Part shown: piece by piece, positions 27,458 through 41,411 of the stretch
How the letters are laid out: each line of letters begins with the position of its first letter
Numbering within the stretch: position 1 is the stretch's first letter
Assembly (NCBI RefSeq): GCF_009914755.1
Contig: NC_060929.1
Direction: 5' to 3' (one strand)
DNA length: 64,000 bases
From: the human T2T-CHM13v2.0 reference genome, Homo sapiens
Made by a program: the position numbers and the translations under genes
The notes under the pieces: generated by a model
What the model saw: the letters and a program-made list of their open reading frames with translations, nothing else
Database searches by the model: none
Told to the model about the DNA's origin: nothing

Positions 27458-28072
27458 TTTGGAACTGAAACCCACTCCCCAGGACTTGCAATGTGTGACT
27501 TAGGCTGAGAATGAACTTTCTCTTGGGACGTTGAATCTTAGATCGGTGGCATGTGTTCTAAATGTACTTAAAAAAATTCCACAGGCAGCATAGCATTCTG
27601 ACAAAATATAGAAGAGTTCTTGCTCCCTGGACTTCAGAACTACTTATGTTTCTGTCTATTTCTAAGCGTGCTATCTTTCCGATGAATTTCTATTTAGTTA
27701 AGTTAACCAGAGGTGGTTTCTGTTGATTACAACGAAAGAACCCTGACTATATGGCTATGAATAAGGTTAGTAAGTTCTCAGTCCACTTTAATTATTTGGT
27801 TATTGTCTCAATTTTCTCTTGCTGTATAAGAAACCACCTCTAAACTTAATGGCTTAAAACAACAAACATTTTCTTTATCTCACAATTGTGCAGCTCTGCA
27901 GGTTAAGCTGGGTTTAGCTGGATAGTTCTTCTGGTGTCAACTGGAGTCTCCTATGTTTCTATGCTGAGGTGCAGGTCATCTGGGCAGCTCTGCTTCTGGG
28001 AGTTGATGGGCTATCTGGGAAGTTAGCCTGGGCTTTTTCATATGGTGATAGAAGAGCATCAAGAGAATGTGG

Positions 28073-28370
28073 GGCTGGGTGCGGTGGCTTATGATTGTAA
28101 TCCCAGCACTTTGAGAGGCTGAGGCAGATGGATCACCTGAGGTCAGGAGTTCGAGACCAGCCTGACCAACATGGCAAAAACCCCTCTCTACTAAAAATAC
28201 AAAAATTAGCTGGGCGTGGTGGTGTGCACCTGTAGTTATGGCTACTCAGGGGGCTGAGGCAGAATTGCTTGAACCTGAGAGGTGGAGGTTCCAGTGAGCT
28301 GAGATTGCATCATTGCACTCCAGCCTGGGCAACAGAGCAAGACTCCCTTGCAAAAAAAAAAAAAAAAAAA
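28073..28370 (+). mobile_element. AluS
   Basis: full dimer, A tail; TSD agagaatg(t/a)gg. Confidence 0.95.
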
Positions 28371-28392
28371 GAGAGAGAGAGAATGAGGGACG

Positions 28393-28799
28393 TGTTGTGG
28401 ACTGATTTGTGTCCCCCTAAAATTTATATGTTGAAACCCTAACTTCCTTATCATGTGACTATATTTGGAGATAGGGTCTTTAAAAGGGTGATTAAGATAA
28501 AATGAGAGAATTAGGGTGGGCCCTAGTCCAATCTGACTAGTGTCAGAGTATAAGAAGAAGAAATCTGAGCACACAGAGAGACACCCGGGGCATGCAAACA
28601 CACAGAAAAGACCATGTGAGGACACAGCAGGAAGGCAGCCATCTGCAAGACAAGAAGAGAGAAGCCTCAGAACAAATTGAACCTGCTGACAACTTGATCT
28701 TGGACTCCCAGGCTTCAGAAACATGAGGACATATGTTTCTGTTTTTTAAGCTACCCAGTCTATGATATTTTGTTACAGCAGCCCCAGCAAACCAATATA
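28393..28799 (+). mobile_element. MLT1A/B-type LTR
   Basis: 'tgttgtggactgatttgtgtcccc...tatttggagatagggtctttaa...gcagccccagcaaaccaatata'. Confidence 0.88.
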
Positions 28800-30121
28800 G
28801 AAAGCATGAAAGGTCTCTTGCAGCTCAGGCTTAGAGTTGGTCCACATCACTTCAGCTGCATTATATAGATCAAACTTAGTCACAAATTCGGTCCAGCTGG
28901 GAGGATGCATTACACATGGGTATGGATACAGGGAAGGGAATAATTGTGGCCACTTCGCAAACTATCTGTCACAGTAATTAGACTGATAAGGAAGTGTGCT
29001 GAGTACAAATAGATATTAATGCAGGAAATGTTGCTGGGTACTTTAAATTGTAATGGAAATGTTTTATCCAAAGCCTATTTCTATTTGGTTGGAATAGGTG
29101 AGCTGATGTTCATCCAATGGCACAATGACAATATGTCCACTGCTCCACTTTTTGTAGTGTGAGCCAAATGCCATGACAAATTATTAGAATGTGGGAGGAA
29201 TGGCACTTTTTTCTTTATAGATCAAGTTAAGGCATTAGATTCTACAAAACTAGTATCATCATTTCTAATTAATTTTTCAGAGGATAGTTGCCAAAGTCTT
29301 GTCTTTGACAGGATGAAATGGTGGAAGAGATCAGAGAAAGCTCTTTGTGTTCTTTTTTGTATACTACAAACCTTTAGAGAAGGATCTATGTCTCATTTGC
29401 CTTTGTATCTCTCAGTGATCATGACAAACTTTACAGGGAAGGTACCCAAATATTTAAGCATTAGTACCAGCTTCTATGGTGGAGAAGACCCTCATCAGTT
29501 ATGTCTTGCCTCATGTTACTGGAAAACTTAATTTCTTTTTTACTTTGAATTATAGAATCAGGTTAACGTCAGGGATAGACAGATTCATGTGGTTCCCTGC
29601 AGAATTAAAGAAAAAACTGTACTGCTTCAACCCATATTTTAAAAATATTTGTTCAACATTTAGTGAGAGAAACCAATTTCATAATAATAAAAATGATACA
29701 TTTCTCTTTTTTATTTAATTTTCTTTTCCTATTTTAGTTTCCCTCAAGTAAAAATTTACATCCATGAAAGTGGTAGGAAACAGTAAAGTATTAAGGGATT
29801 TTATAGGGGGCAAGAGAAGGGCATTTGCATCACAAGTGACTGCGGTTTCACTGATTGCCCACAAAGCTCAGTGAGCCCTGCTTCGTCTTCTAAATCCCTC
29901 TTTTCATCCTCAGAGCCACCAGGTTTCCGCCCTGTTTCTTCCTTCATCCATTCTCTGCCTTTTTGCTCCTACTTCACATGTTCTAAATCTCTGGGATTCT
30001 CAATCCCTCTTTACCTTTCTTACTCAGGACAATTTAGTGCTATTAATGGTTCTACATCCAAACTTCAATACTCCTTATTCATTAAACCTGCCTACAGTAA
30101 CGTCAAAGACCATTGTATTAA

Positions 30122-30523
<402 letters not shown>

Positions 30524-31127
30524 ACAAATTTCCATAGTAAAATTAATAACAAGCAATTTCTTACATGGTCTGAATAGGGGTGGGACAAATTTACATTTTC
30601 CACTATGTAGTGTTGTTTTGGTTTGTAAACTTGAGTTAAAATGATTCCCACCATATTTTAGCAACTCTTATGGAGTGGAGTCCTGGAGGCTGTCAACTTG
30701 TCTAATCTTTAATACAGCCCTAGTTATTGTGATAATGGAATTAACTCTATCTGTGGGAAGATTACTGACACAGAAATTGGGACGTGAAAGTTTTAGTCTA
30801 TATCCACCCCCACCTGAACACAGTCATTCACATTGGCTAGGCAAGGTTATTTTGCAGTGGCCTGAAATATCACCAGCTTAGTACTAACATAGTAAATAGC
30901 TGCTATAGAAATAATGTTGTGGGAAATAATATTTTCTTAAAATAATTTCATTTTGCTAACATTTGGAAAAATTTAGAACATCAACACGACTTAGTATTTC
31001 CATTATGAGCCCTCAAAAAGACACGCATTGTAAAAGTTAAGAGCTAGACTGCTGTCTACCTTGTGTTTCGCACATGCAAAAAGCATCAGGGCCATCTTGG
31101 AAAGGGAAAAACATTATTTATACAAAT

Positions 31128-31166
31128 ACACACACACATGCACACACACACATGCACACACACACA
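31128..31166. repeat. interrupted (CA)n
   Basis: direct reading. Confidence 0.9.
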
Positions 31167-31337
31167 TGAATGGGTGGCACAGGATGCTAACAAGAGGGAT
31201 GATTTGAAGGGTGTATTTAAAAACTGGCACTGTATAAAATATCCATTGTTGCCCTTTTCAGCCTTATGATTTGGAACTCTAATTGTATTTATCATGGAGG
31301 ACTCTGAAAATATAAGAGGTCAAGTGCTTTTAGTTAC

Positions 31338-31885
31338 TGTATCAGATTCTTTCAGCACCAGTTGATTTTATTGCCAGTCACTGCCGTAGAACAAATTCTG
31401 TGCAAGATCTCATGAGCTTCACCTGGACACAACCTGATTGCACTTCATCTCGGGCTGGCGTCTGCCGCTCACTTCCCCTCCTGTGATTTATCTGCTGATG
31501 CTACATTGGGAGTGGGAGGTGTGGTAGGGGGGTGGCAGACATTGTGGAAACTGCCTCTAGGTTCAGATGCACAACTCAGACGTGCAGGGAATTCAAGTTT
31601 TAGAAGGTGAATCTTTGGCAGATGTGAATAAATACTTCCTCTTTATTCCCTCCTACCGTCAGGTGGTCCTGACATGCATTTCATAGGAACCCTTAAGAGG
31701 TTCTGTGAAATGGAGCAACAACCAATTGCTCCAGCAGTAGCCATCTTCATAATGCATCTTTCTGTTGTTTCTTCCAGCTTTTTCATCCCATTTCACTACT
31801 ACTCATTCCTGCTCCTTGGATTATATTCCCTGAAAAGGACTTAAAGTCTTTGTTTCTATTTTCTAGAGAATGCCGGCTAAAATAG
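31338..31885 (+). mobile_element. LTR16-like ERVL LTR, degraded
   Basis: 'tgacatgcatttcatagg...ttgctccagcagtagccatcttcataatgcatc...cctgctccttggattatattccc'. Confidence 0.5.
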
Positions 31886-31955
31886 TCACCGAAAGAGAGG
31901 AGAACATTAGGAAAATAAGAATACTATAAACTCAAACTTCGCTTATTTGAAACTG

Positions 31956-32343
31956 TGATGTAGTTTGTGTTCCCACCCAAAATGTTATCTTAAATTGTAA
32001 TCCCCATAATCTCCATAATCTCCATGTGTCAAGGGTTAAGGGAGAGAACAGGTGGAGGAAATTGAATCATGGGGGTGGTTTCTCCCATGCTGTTCTTGTG
32101 ATAGTAAGTGAGTTCTCACGAGATCTGATGGTTTTATAAGTGTTGGGTAGTTCCTCCTGTGTTCATTCTCCTTCTTGCTGCCTTGTGAAGAAGGTGTCTT
32201 GCTTCCCCTTCGCCTTCCTCCATGATTGGAGTTTCCTGAGGCCTCCCCAGCCATGCTGAACAGTGAGTCAATTAAACCTCTTTCCTTATAAATTACCCAG
32301 TCTCGGGCAGTTCTTTACAGCAGTGTGAGAACGGACTAATACA
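31956..32343 (+). mobile_element. THE1D-like MaLR solo LTR
   Basis: 'gagttctcacgagatctgatggttttataag...gagtcaattaaacctcttt...gaacggactaataca'; perfect TSD aactg. Confidence 0.93.
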
Positions 32344-32470
32344 AACTGTTTTATGTACATTGGGTAAGGATCTGTCTCTACTTCTACATTTTATTTTATC
32401 CATAAGGCTGAGAAGCAATCTATCTCCACTTCTACCCCCCATTCTTTGAAATATCAGAAAATATTTGGTA

Positions 32471-32699
32471 CAGATTAGACACCCCAAATTAAAAAATCTG
32501 AAATCCGAGCTGCTCCAAAACTTTTTGAGTACTGACATAATGCTCAAAGGAAATATTCTTTGGAGCACTTCAGATTTCAGATTTTTGGATTTGGGATGCT
32601 CAACTGGCAAGAATTTTGCAAATATTCCCCAATTTAAAAACGTCTGAAATCTGAAGCATTTCTGGTTCCAAGCATTTTGAATAAGGGATACTCAACCTA
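32471..32699 (+). mobile_element. Tigger4a/MER46A MITE
   Basis: 'ctgaaatcc...gctcaaaggaaat...ggatgctcaac...ggatactcaacct', TA flanks. Confidence 0.87.
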
Positions 32700-32824
32700 T
32701 ATTTCCATTCCCCCTCAAAAGACTGAAAAAAAATCATAAAGCCCATTGGAAAATAAGAAAATTTGAAGAATTTCTAGAAGATAGAATTGAGATCAGATTG
32801 CAAGAGAAGAGCAGAGAAAATCAT

Positions 32825-33340
32825 GTCCCAGGATAAATCTCAAACCTACCCATATCTTTCCACTTCCACTGCCACAGTTCTAGATCAAAGTGCCCTCATC
32901 TCTTATTGAGATTCCAGCAGGTTCCACTTGGTCTCTCTGCTTCGCTCCTGTCCTCTTATAGTTCCTTTCGCAGGCCTTAGCCTTTTGCAGCTACTCTTCC
33001 CTCTGCCTTAAATGCTCCTTACCTGCATCTTCCCATGGCTGGCTCCTTCTTATTCTGGAGATCTCACTTTAAACGCCTCCTTCTCAAAGCAGCCTTCTGA
33101 TCTCCTAATCTAAAGCCTCCCTCCCTTCCTGCTCACCTCCCATCACTTTCTATTACATGTCTCCATTACTTCCTTCATAGGATTTATTGAATCTGTTACA
33201 GTTTTATGTTTATTTGTTTGCCTTCATGTGAGTTGTCTATTTCTCCCATTACCTTAGCAGTGACACAAGGGCAGGGACCTTGTCTGTTGTCTTGACTGCC
33301 TTATTTTGGGCTGCCAGCACAGTTAGTGATGCACAGGGTG
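32825..33340 (+). mobile_element. L2 3' fragment
   Basis: 'cttcccatggctggctccttctt...gggcagggaccttgtctg'. Confidence 0.7.
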
Positions 33341-34739
33341 GAAAGAATGACACTTTTATTGGGGGGCTGTTTATTCAGTTCTCAAGCTCTTAGCCAGCTG
33401 TGATGTTAGATATCGGGAATTTTGAGAGGAATAAGGCACAGGACCCTGCCTTCCAGGAGCTCTGAGTCAGAGAACAGGGAAAGAACTTGAGCTTCCTGTT
33501 TTCTTATTCGTAGTTGATCATTTGTGCTATGTATTTTATGTTTACTATTAGACTTTAAGCATTCCAAGTACAGAGTCCCAATCATCTTTGTATCTCTGCA
33601 GAGACTACATATATGGTGGAAATAAAATATTTTTGGAAGCATTTAAAATGTTTTAAGGGCGCATTATAAATCTGATAAATTAGTGTTATTAATTACCCAG
33701 TGCAGTTCAATCTATGACCATTAACTATTTGTTGCTAGTAACTGAACGAAAAGAAGATGTGTGTAAACAAGAGAGAGAAAGATAGTGGTGAGTGAACAAC
33801 AGACAAAGTGAGCAAAATAAATGTTGGATTTGAAAGCCAAGTCCCTTATTGCTATAATGACTTTCTTCTGCTTCTCACTTTCTTTCCTGGAACTTTAGAA
33901 TAATTTAATAATAATAATTTTTAAGGTATCCATAGGAAGTTGAAAAATAAGTATAGTGCAATTTCAACACCATAAGACCTAAAATTCACAGGTGGTAATA
34001 TTGTCTGTTTTAAAATTTAGCTTATTATTTTCCAGTTTTGGCATTAGAAGGTCATATAAATTAATTAAAAACATAAACATACGTTCAGCAGCAATCGTTT
34101 AACTGTGATCTTTTGGGAGAAGGCACTCGTGTACCAGTTTCATCGATGTAGGGCAGGAAGCTTGGAAACATCACACACTTATAATTTTATTAAGTATTAA
34201 TGAAGACCAATATAAATAATGCATTTCCTATTATGTTTATTAAGCCAATGGGGTCTAGTATAGCCTGAGGTAATATCACTAAGACAAAGAAAACTCCAGC
34301 TGCGCATTACCTGATAGTTTGCCAAAAAGGGATCTAGGTATTACCAGTGGATTTACAAAAATGTGTGAACTAATGCTTAATAAGTACAATTTGATGATGA
34401 CAAAGTGACCTATTGAGATAAAAGTCCCTGGAAGGTGAGACTTGGTGTCTTTTCAGATCAGGCATACCCCCAGATGTCCTGGAGCCATCTGATTTATGCT
34501 TTAGAAAGAAAACTAAAGGAAACTGTGTGTGTAATGGTATTTATTACAGAATAAATATGCTGTGGAATATATAAATAAAATGTAAATAAAGAATGAAAAG
34601 TAATCCTAGAGATTTAAAAAAATGTGTTGTCCAGGCCAGAATTCATATTTGGAAGAATAATAAAAGGGCATTTGAATCACAAGAACATGAATAAAACCTA
34701 AAAATTGAAAATAAGGAAAAAAGTCTGCTTTTACTCACT

Positions 34740-35430
34740 TTATATCCTCCCCAGATAATTTCATTCACTGCCAGCGTTGTAATACAGATAACTGGGTGTA
34801 CATGTGAACTAGAAAAGGAGCTGTAGCCATCCTTTACCAGATAACATTCTACTAAAGATCCTTCACCTGAGCTTCTCACATTCAACTGCCTCTAGACATC
34901 TTGTGTGGATACTCTCGTCCCTCGCACTCAGCATCCCCCAACCTGGATCCATCACTTTCCCTTGAAAACCTGTTCCTCATGGCCATCACCACCTAGCAAA
35001 TCTCCCATTCATTCTTCCCCCCCTTCCATTTATTCCTCATATTTGGTTGTTCGTTGAATCCTGATGCTTCTATTTCAGAACTGTCTTTTGAATTCAAGCC
35101 TCTCCCCTCTACTTCCCTTCCCACTGCCTCAGCAATAGAATCTAGCAGGTCTGTACTTCTCCATCCTTCTGAATTCCTCTCCATCTTCCATATGCTGCTG
35201 CAGCAGTCCCTTACTCTGCAGGCCACAGGTGATGCTCACACTCCTTGTCACGCCATTGAGGTTACTAACAGCTAGGTCCCAACACACCTCTCCTGTCACA
35301 ACTACTCACTCTTCCAAAAGTCCAGCTCCTTGGAAGTCTTAACCTTGTCGCAATAAGATAGGCTACCCTAATTTCAACTCCCTTGTATGTAAAGTGCCTT
35401 CTGCTTGGAGTGCCTCTATTCCTCCTTCCA
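34740..35430 (+). mobile_element. L2 fragments
   Basis: 'ttcaactgcctctagacatc...cactcagcatccccaacctggatccatcactttccc'. Confidence 0.55.
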
Positions 35431-35479
35431 GCATCCTCCTTGAACTGTCTCTAAATGAATGATGGTCTTGGATATTGGT

Positions 35480-35740
35480 TAGGAATATGGGCTATGGAGA
35501 CATATAGGCTGGGTTGGAATCCTCCATTGACTTGCAATGTGATCTTGGGCAAGTCACTTCTCTTCTCTTGATTTCTATGTCCATAAAATTGGAAGAGGAA
35601 TAATGATACCTGCCTCATAAGGTTGGTATAAGGGTTAAATGATAAAATATATGTGAAACTTCTTATGTCATGCAATGCCCTTCACAAGCAGGCCTCAGTA
35701 TCTCTTCCTTGCATACAGTAAATACATAAGTGTTAATTAC
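35480..35740 (+). mobile_element. MIR
   Basis: 'ctgggttggaatcct...tgtgatcttgggcaagtcactt...aataatgatacctgcctcataaggttg'. Confidence 0.8.
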
Positions 35741-36609
35741 TATGACCAGAATTTCCCAAGGCAGAGTTAGTTTTCCTTGGGAAATCTAAAGATGAAATCT
35801 GGGTTCTCTAAAGATGAGGACTCTGGTATCTAGAAAACTTGCTCATTTAGAAGTGTGTCTTGGATTCCTAGGAAAGTACTGAGGAAGTCTTCATAGTTAG
35901 GAAAAGGAAAATCATTTATTTATTTCTTCACTGTTCTAGGTATTGGGAATTCAAAGTGATCGGTTTGTTGAACAAACCTGCCACAACTAAAACACAAAAT
36001 CATCCTTTTTTCCCTCTGCTCCTTTCCACTTTCTCAGCCACCAGACAGGAACTCATCAGCTCTCATGGATGTTCTGTTCACTCTTGAGTAATAGACATTC
36101 TCTTAGTCACTTAAGTCACAAACTCCATCTCAATTCAGTAGAGTTTGCAGCCTAATACAAGATTAAAACTCTAAACTTAGTGTTACGTATTTTCCTTCCT
36201 TCAACTCTACCTGCATCATGCTCACAATGGTAAAAGTGAGTTTGGTGCTAAACAATGAAGAATAAACTATAGCCCCAGTTCTCAAGGAGCTGACTGCCTT
36301 TTGAGGGGACAGACAAATGGTGGATCAGATGGTGGTGTGATATATGCTGTTACAGAGATATGCTTCAGGACATGGCAAAGCAGAGGAAGGGTGCTGAAAT
36401 GAGAAAGGTTTCCAGCAAAAAATGAAACACAATCAAAGCTGTGTCTTGCAGGACTGGCTGCACAATTCTGAGTGAAGAAAGCAGGGTGAGCAAGTCAGGG
36501 AAAGGATCATGAACCTGAGTATCACTTTGTCAAAGGGATCCACTTTGTTTTAGATTCTAAGAGAATCATTTTTGCTGATTGTGATGCTAAAATGTGTATG
36601 GCAACATAC

Positions 36610-36885
36610 TCTTAGGCATGGGCTCTGGTTTAGATAGGGATTAGATTATGATTTGTGATTAGATATGGAGTAGATGTGAATTTATTTATTTTTTTTCAGG
36701 TTCTACCATTTGCTAGCTATATGATCTTGGGCAAGTTGCTTAACCTCTTTGAGTCCCAGTTTCCTCATCTAAAATGGGAAGATGATTACCCACCTCAAAG
36801 GCTGCATATTATAAGAAGAAAATGCATATGTAAAGTCCTTTGTACTAAGCCTGGACCCTAGTCTGGGCTTAATAATTGTTAGTTT
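36610..36885 (+). mobile_element. MIR
   Basis: 'gatcttgggcaagttgcttaacctctttgagtcccagtttcctcatctaaaatggg'. Confidence 0.85.
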
Positions 36886-37746
36886 TTTTACTGAAACTAT
36901 CTCCCACTTGCTCCCTGTTTTTACTTTGTATCTAGGACAGATAGGAAGAACTAAAGGTATACCCTTAGAAACAGGGACAACATTACAATTTAAATGTGAA
37001 ACAGTATGAGCCAGAATTATCATGTTGGTAGGGGCAAGGGGAAGAAAAGCCATACATAGGTGGAAAAAATGTCCTAAAAGAGACTAGCATTGACTGTTGT
37101 CATTGTTAATTTTTAGTTGCATTTTTATTTGCCCACTCGCTGATTGTGTGTGTTTGGACTGCCGTGAAGGCCTATCATCATTTTCATGGTATTTTGAGTG
37201 TAGCTTTGGACACAGTTTGAGATCTTCAAATGGCAGTTATTTTATTCCAAAAAAATTTCTATATGAAAATGACCTGCCACCTGGGAGATTATAACCTAGA
37301 GGTATCACTATTAGTTGAGCCAATAATTGTTGGAGCAAGATTACCTCAGACAAATAAATGGTATGTGATTCTTAATTGCTTCTGATTTCTAACACAGATT
37401 ATTGTGTTTTAACTAAAGTAAATATTCATTTATTTGAAGGGCTCTGCTTAGAAATGGTGGGGGCTGTGAATTCAATCCAATTATAGAAGACTCATCAGAA
37501 GCAATGCAATGGAAACAGCATGAGACCAGGAATCAGAAAACCTAGGTTCCGGTCCTGTTACTGACTGGTTGGGAAACTGGGCAAGGAACCTTTTTTTCTC
37601 TGATAAAGAAATATGGTCAGGTAGATGTGGTATGGTGAAGGGCGTTGTTAACATACTTCCTCACCCCTCACATTTCTTTGTCAACATCATTACTTTCCAA
37701 CTGTTGACACCACTAAGCCTCAACTGTCACCAGAGGTTCAAGTGGA

Positions 37747-38244
37747 TAGTGAGGGGAGACAAAACCCCATTTCCATCCCTTTGGGTTCTGGTTGAGTCCA
37801 AGAATTAAATTGACATAAGATAGATCAACAGGAGAAAAACAAGCAAATTTATTTACTACAAGATTTATGTAGCCTGTGAGCCCTCATAAGGAAATGATGA
37901 CCCGAAGGAGCAGTTTGATTCAGCACTTACATACTGAATCAGACCAAGAATAGTAAGTTGTGAAAAGGCAACAAAATATTGTGAAGTGGCTTAAAAGATG
38001 AGTTATTTTAACAAGGTGTGTACAGAATTCTTTCAGTCTAAACTTCTCATTCTTGAGGATAATAATATTCCTTTTGGTATAGGAAGGGTATCTTTCATGT
38101 GGGAATTTCATTTCCTGCTTTTAAGAAGCAGGATAAAAGGTCAAAATAAACTTTTTGTACTGCTTTTTTAAAAAGTGTCTTTAATTCAAAACTGTCAATA
38201 TGCCAGAAGAACATTTTTTGAGCTGCATATTCCTAACTCATTCA
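37747..38244 (-). mobile_element. MER34/MER39-like ERV1 LTR
   Basis: reverse complement begins 'tgaatgagttaggaatatgcagctcaaaaaatgttcttctggcatattgacagttttgaattaaag', similar to the MER34 start. Confidence 0.65.
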
Positions 38245-38437
38245 ATATGAAAGGGTTTTATAAACATAAGAGTGGTATACCAACATGATTATGTGGGCAT
38301 CATTATTTGTGTTATTGGTTTTTTTGACCTGTTGCTAATGCAAAAGTGGAATTTCTATTAGTGACTTTGTTATAGGACTGTTATTCTTAATGAAAAGTAT
38401 TTCACATGAAATATATCATTTAAAAAATCATGACTAT

Positions 38438-39441
38438 GGATATGGTTTGGATTTGTGTCCCTACCCAAATTTCATGTCAAATTGTAATCTCTGATGTAGT
38501 AGGAGGGGCCTGGTGGGAGGTGATTGGATCATGGGGGAATATTCCCCTCTTGTTCTTCTCATGATAGTGAGTGTGTTCTCACAAGATCTGTTTGATTAAA
38601 AGTGTGTAGCACCTCGTGCTTTGTTCTCTTCCTCCTGCTCTGGCCATGTAAGACATGACGACTCCCTCTTTACCTTCTGCCATGATTGTAAGTTTCCTGA
38701 GTCCTCCCCAGCCATGCTTCCTGTATAGCCTGTAAAACTGTGAGCCAATTAAACCTCTTTTCTTTATAAATTACCCGGTCTCAGGTAGCAGTATAAGAAC
38801 ACAATACAGAAAATTGGTACTGGGAAGTGGGGCAGTTGCTATAAAGGTACCTGAAAATGTGGAAGCAGATTTGGAACTGAGTAATTAGCAGAGGTTGGAA
38901 CAGTTTGGAGTGCTCAGAAGAGACAGAATGATGAGACTTTTCACTGTAGGCTTTTGAGTTAATGCTGAAATGAGTTAAACCTTGGGGGGCTGTTGAGAAG
39001 GGATGATTGATTTTGCAATCTGAGAAGGACATGAGATTTGTGAGGGTCCAGGTGGGATGGCAATGTCTGAATTTGTGTCCCCACCCAAATCTTATGGTGA
39101 ACTGTAATCCCCAATGTTGGAGGAAGGGCCTGGTGGGAGGTGATTGGATCACAGGGTCGGATTTCCCCCTTGCTCTTCTCATGATAGTGAGTGAGTTCCC
39201 ATGAGATCTGGTTGTTTAAAAGTCTGTAGTACCTCCTGCTTTTTTCTCTTCCTACTTCTCTGACCATGTAAGATGTCAATCCTTCCTCTTTGTCTTCCAC
39301 CATGATTGTAAGTTTCCTGAGGCCTCCCAGCCATGCTTCCTGTAATAGCCTGTGGAACTGTGAGTCAATTCAACCTCTTTTCTTTAAAAAGTACCCAGTC
39401 TCAGGTAGTTCTTTATAGCAATGTTAGAATGGACTAATGCA
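38438..39441 (+). mobile_element. MST-type MaLR provirus: LTR (38438-38808) + 250-bp deleted internal + LTR (39058-39441)
   Basis: two MST LTRs; internal start 'gaaaattggtac...cctgaaaatgtggaagc' and internal end 'ttaatgctgaaatgagttaa...gacatgagatttg'; perfect outer TSD actat. Confidence 0.92.
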
Positions 39442-39686
39442 ACTATTTGCTTGTATTGTTCATATTTACTAATGACACTTGTAGTGCTGTCAATGACAGA
39501 GTAGCTTGAAGCAGGACAATGTTTCAGAATTATTTGTGTGTTATCTGCTGCTGAGTTTGTTCAGCAAATAGCTTCACTCTTGGTACACTGTAACGTCTAT
39601 CACTGATGTGGACTGTATGTAAAAATAAGGAAATGTTTGTTTTCCAGTTGATTACTTTGGTTGGGATTTGATGTTGTCATAACAAC

Positions 39687-40059
39687 TGTACTGGTTCATT
39701 ATCATGCTGCTATGAAGAAATACCTAAGACTGGGTAATCTATAAAGGAAAGAGATTTAATTGACTCACAGTTCCACAGGGCTGGGGAGGTCTCAGGAAAC
39801 TTAAAATCATGGTGGAAGGGGAAGAAGACACATCCTTCTTCACATGGTGGCAGGAAGGAGAACAAGAACTGAGCAAAGTGGGAAGCCCCTTATAAAACCA
39901 TCAGATCTCATGAGAACTAACTCAGTATCATGGGAACAGGATGGGGGAACCACCCTCATGATTCAATTATCTCCACTTGGTCCCTCCCACAACACATGAG
40001 GATTGTGAGAACTACAGTTCAAGATGAGATTTTGGTGGGGACACAGCCAAACCATATCA
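39687..40059 (-). mobile_element. THE1C-like solo LTR
   Basis: ends '...ggggacacagccaaaccatatca'; TSD acaac/ccaac. Confidence 0.93.
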
Positions 40060-40989
40060 CCAACATAAATAAACACTAGTAATATATAAGGAAATTTAAA
40101 ATCCTGTCCATTAAATAAAAAAGAATGTGAGACTGAAGTATTTTACTAAACATCCTATATTATAGTATCATATCAAAACATGTTTTTACCAAATGTCTAG
40201 AAATATGGTCCTCTTTAAGATTTAGCACATAAAGAGCCATCCCAACCCAAATCTGTGCTTTCCACAAAATATTTTCATGCTCTAAACTTAAGGAAGCTTT
40301 TTAGATAACAATGGTGACTGAAAAATTTGTGCCACTTTAAACAATCTTAAATGACCCACTCATTGAAAAACCCTCTTTGTTTACTTTCACCAAATACCAC
40401 AAGAAGCTGGGACATGATCTTGAGTTAATTATGGGTACAGGACTTTCCACAATAACACTGAGTTGAAGATAGGTTGACATTTTCAGTAATGTCATGGGTC
40501 AGAAAGGTAAGCTAATTTGGGCTCATGTAAATCCAGAAAGCAGCTTTATGATTTACACAGTAAAAGGAAAGAAATGATCCCTAGAATCACATTGGAACAC
40601 TGCATTAGAAGGGCCCTAAAGTTCATCTGGTTTAAGCTGTAGCACTGTAGGTCAGGTTGGTTGGATCCAGAGCTTATAGACTGCTTGATCTGGACAGTGT
40701 CTGGGCTGAACACAGAACTAAAGGACCAATTGAGGCGTTTTAGTTAATCCTAGAGTGGTAGATGAATTTTCCCAGTGGCCAACTGCCTGTTGTTAAGGTG
40801 CACACATATATACTCATGGCTGTGTGGGAGCATATGTGAACCTCCCCTCCCCATCAATGGCATGCAAAGAAAAGGCCTGGTAATAAGAATAAGGAAAAAA
40901 GCCTCTTTCTCTCCTACTTCTGCCATTTACTAGCTGTGTGCTATAGGGCAAATCACCTAAAGGATGATAACTTCACCTAAGGGGCTGGA

Positions 40990-41411
40990 TAACCTTATTT
41001 TGCCCATCTACATCCCCCACCATCCTTCCTTAACCCATTCTCTGTCCCAGGTGATCACCTTTATGGACTACATTTGAGGGTTCTTAGCCTTCTGGTTTCC
41101 TGTTAAGTTTGTTAAATGCTGGGTCCCAATAGGAGCCCTGAAGAAGGGATAATGGTGAGCTTAGAGTATTATTACCCCAGACCTCCTTCTGTGGGATCAC
41201 CTGGGCTGAGTCTCAACCAAGAGTTGTAACTATTGTCAGGAAGACCATCCTTATGTGACTCATCCTGCTGTCCCCTTTCTCTTACCTCATCAGTCCCTCC
41301 AAACCTTACAAGCTGAGTCATCCTTGATAAATAGTTTTTTAATTAAACCCTTTTTCAAGTCTCTTACTTTGGCCATGTCATCTGTTTCCTGCTAGCATCC
41401 TGACTGGTATA
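40990..41411 (+). mobile_element. LTR33-like ERVL LTR
   Basis: 'ttatggactacat...gccttctggtttcctgttaagtttg...attaaaccct...catctgtttcctgc'. Confidence 0.6.

Larger units (their letters stand above)
27804..28973 (-). mobile_element. MLT1H-like LTR hosting an Alu and a younger MLT1
   Basis: 'aaacttaatggcttaaaacaacaaacatt' ... 'gtggccacttcgcaaactatctgtcaca'; TSD gttat/gtaat. Confidence 0.78.

Noticed and set aside
28242-28724. Longest ORF in the track (160 aa)
   Set aside because: Runs antisense through an MLT1 LTR and an Alu tail; chance ORF.
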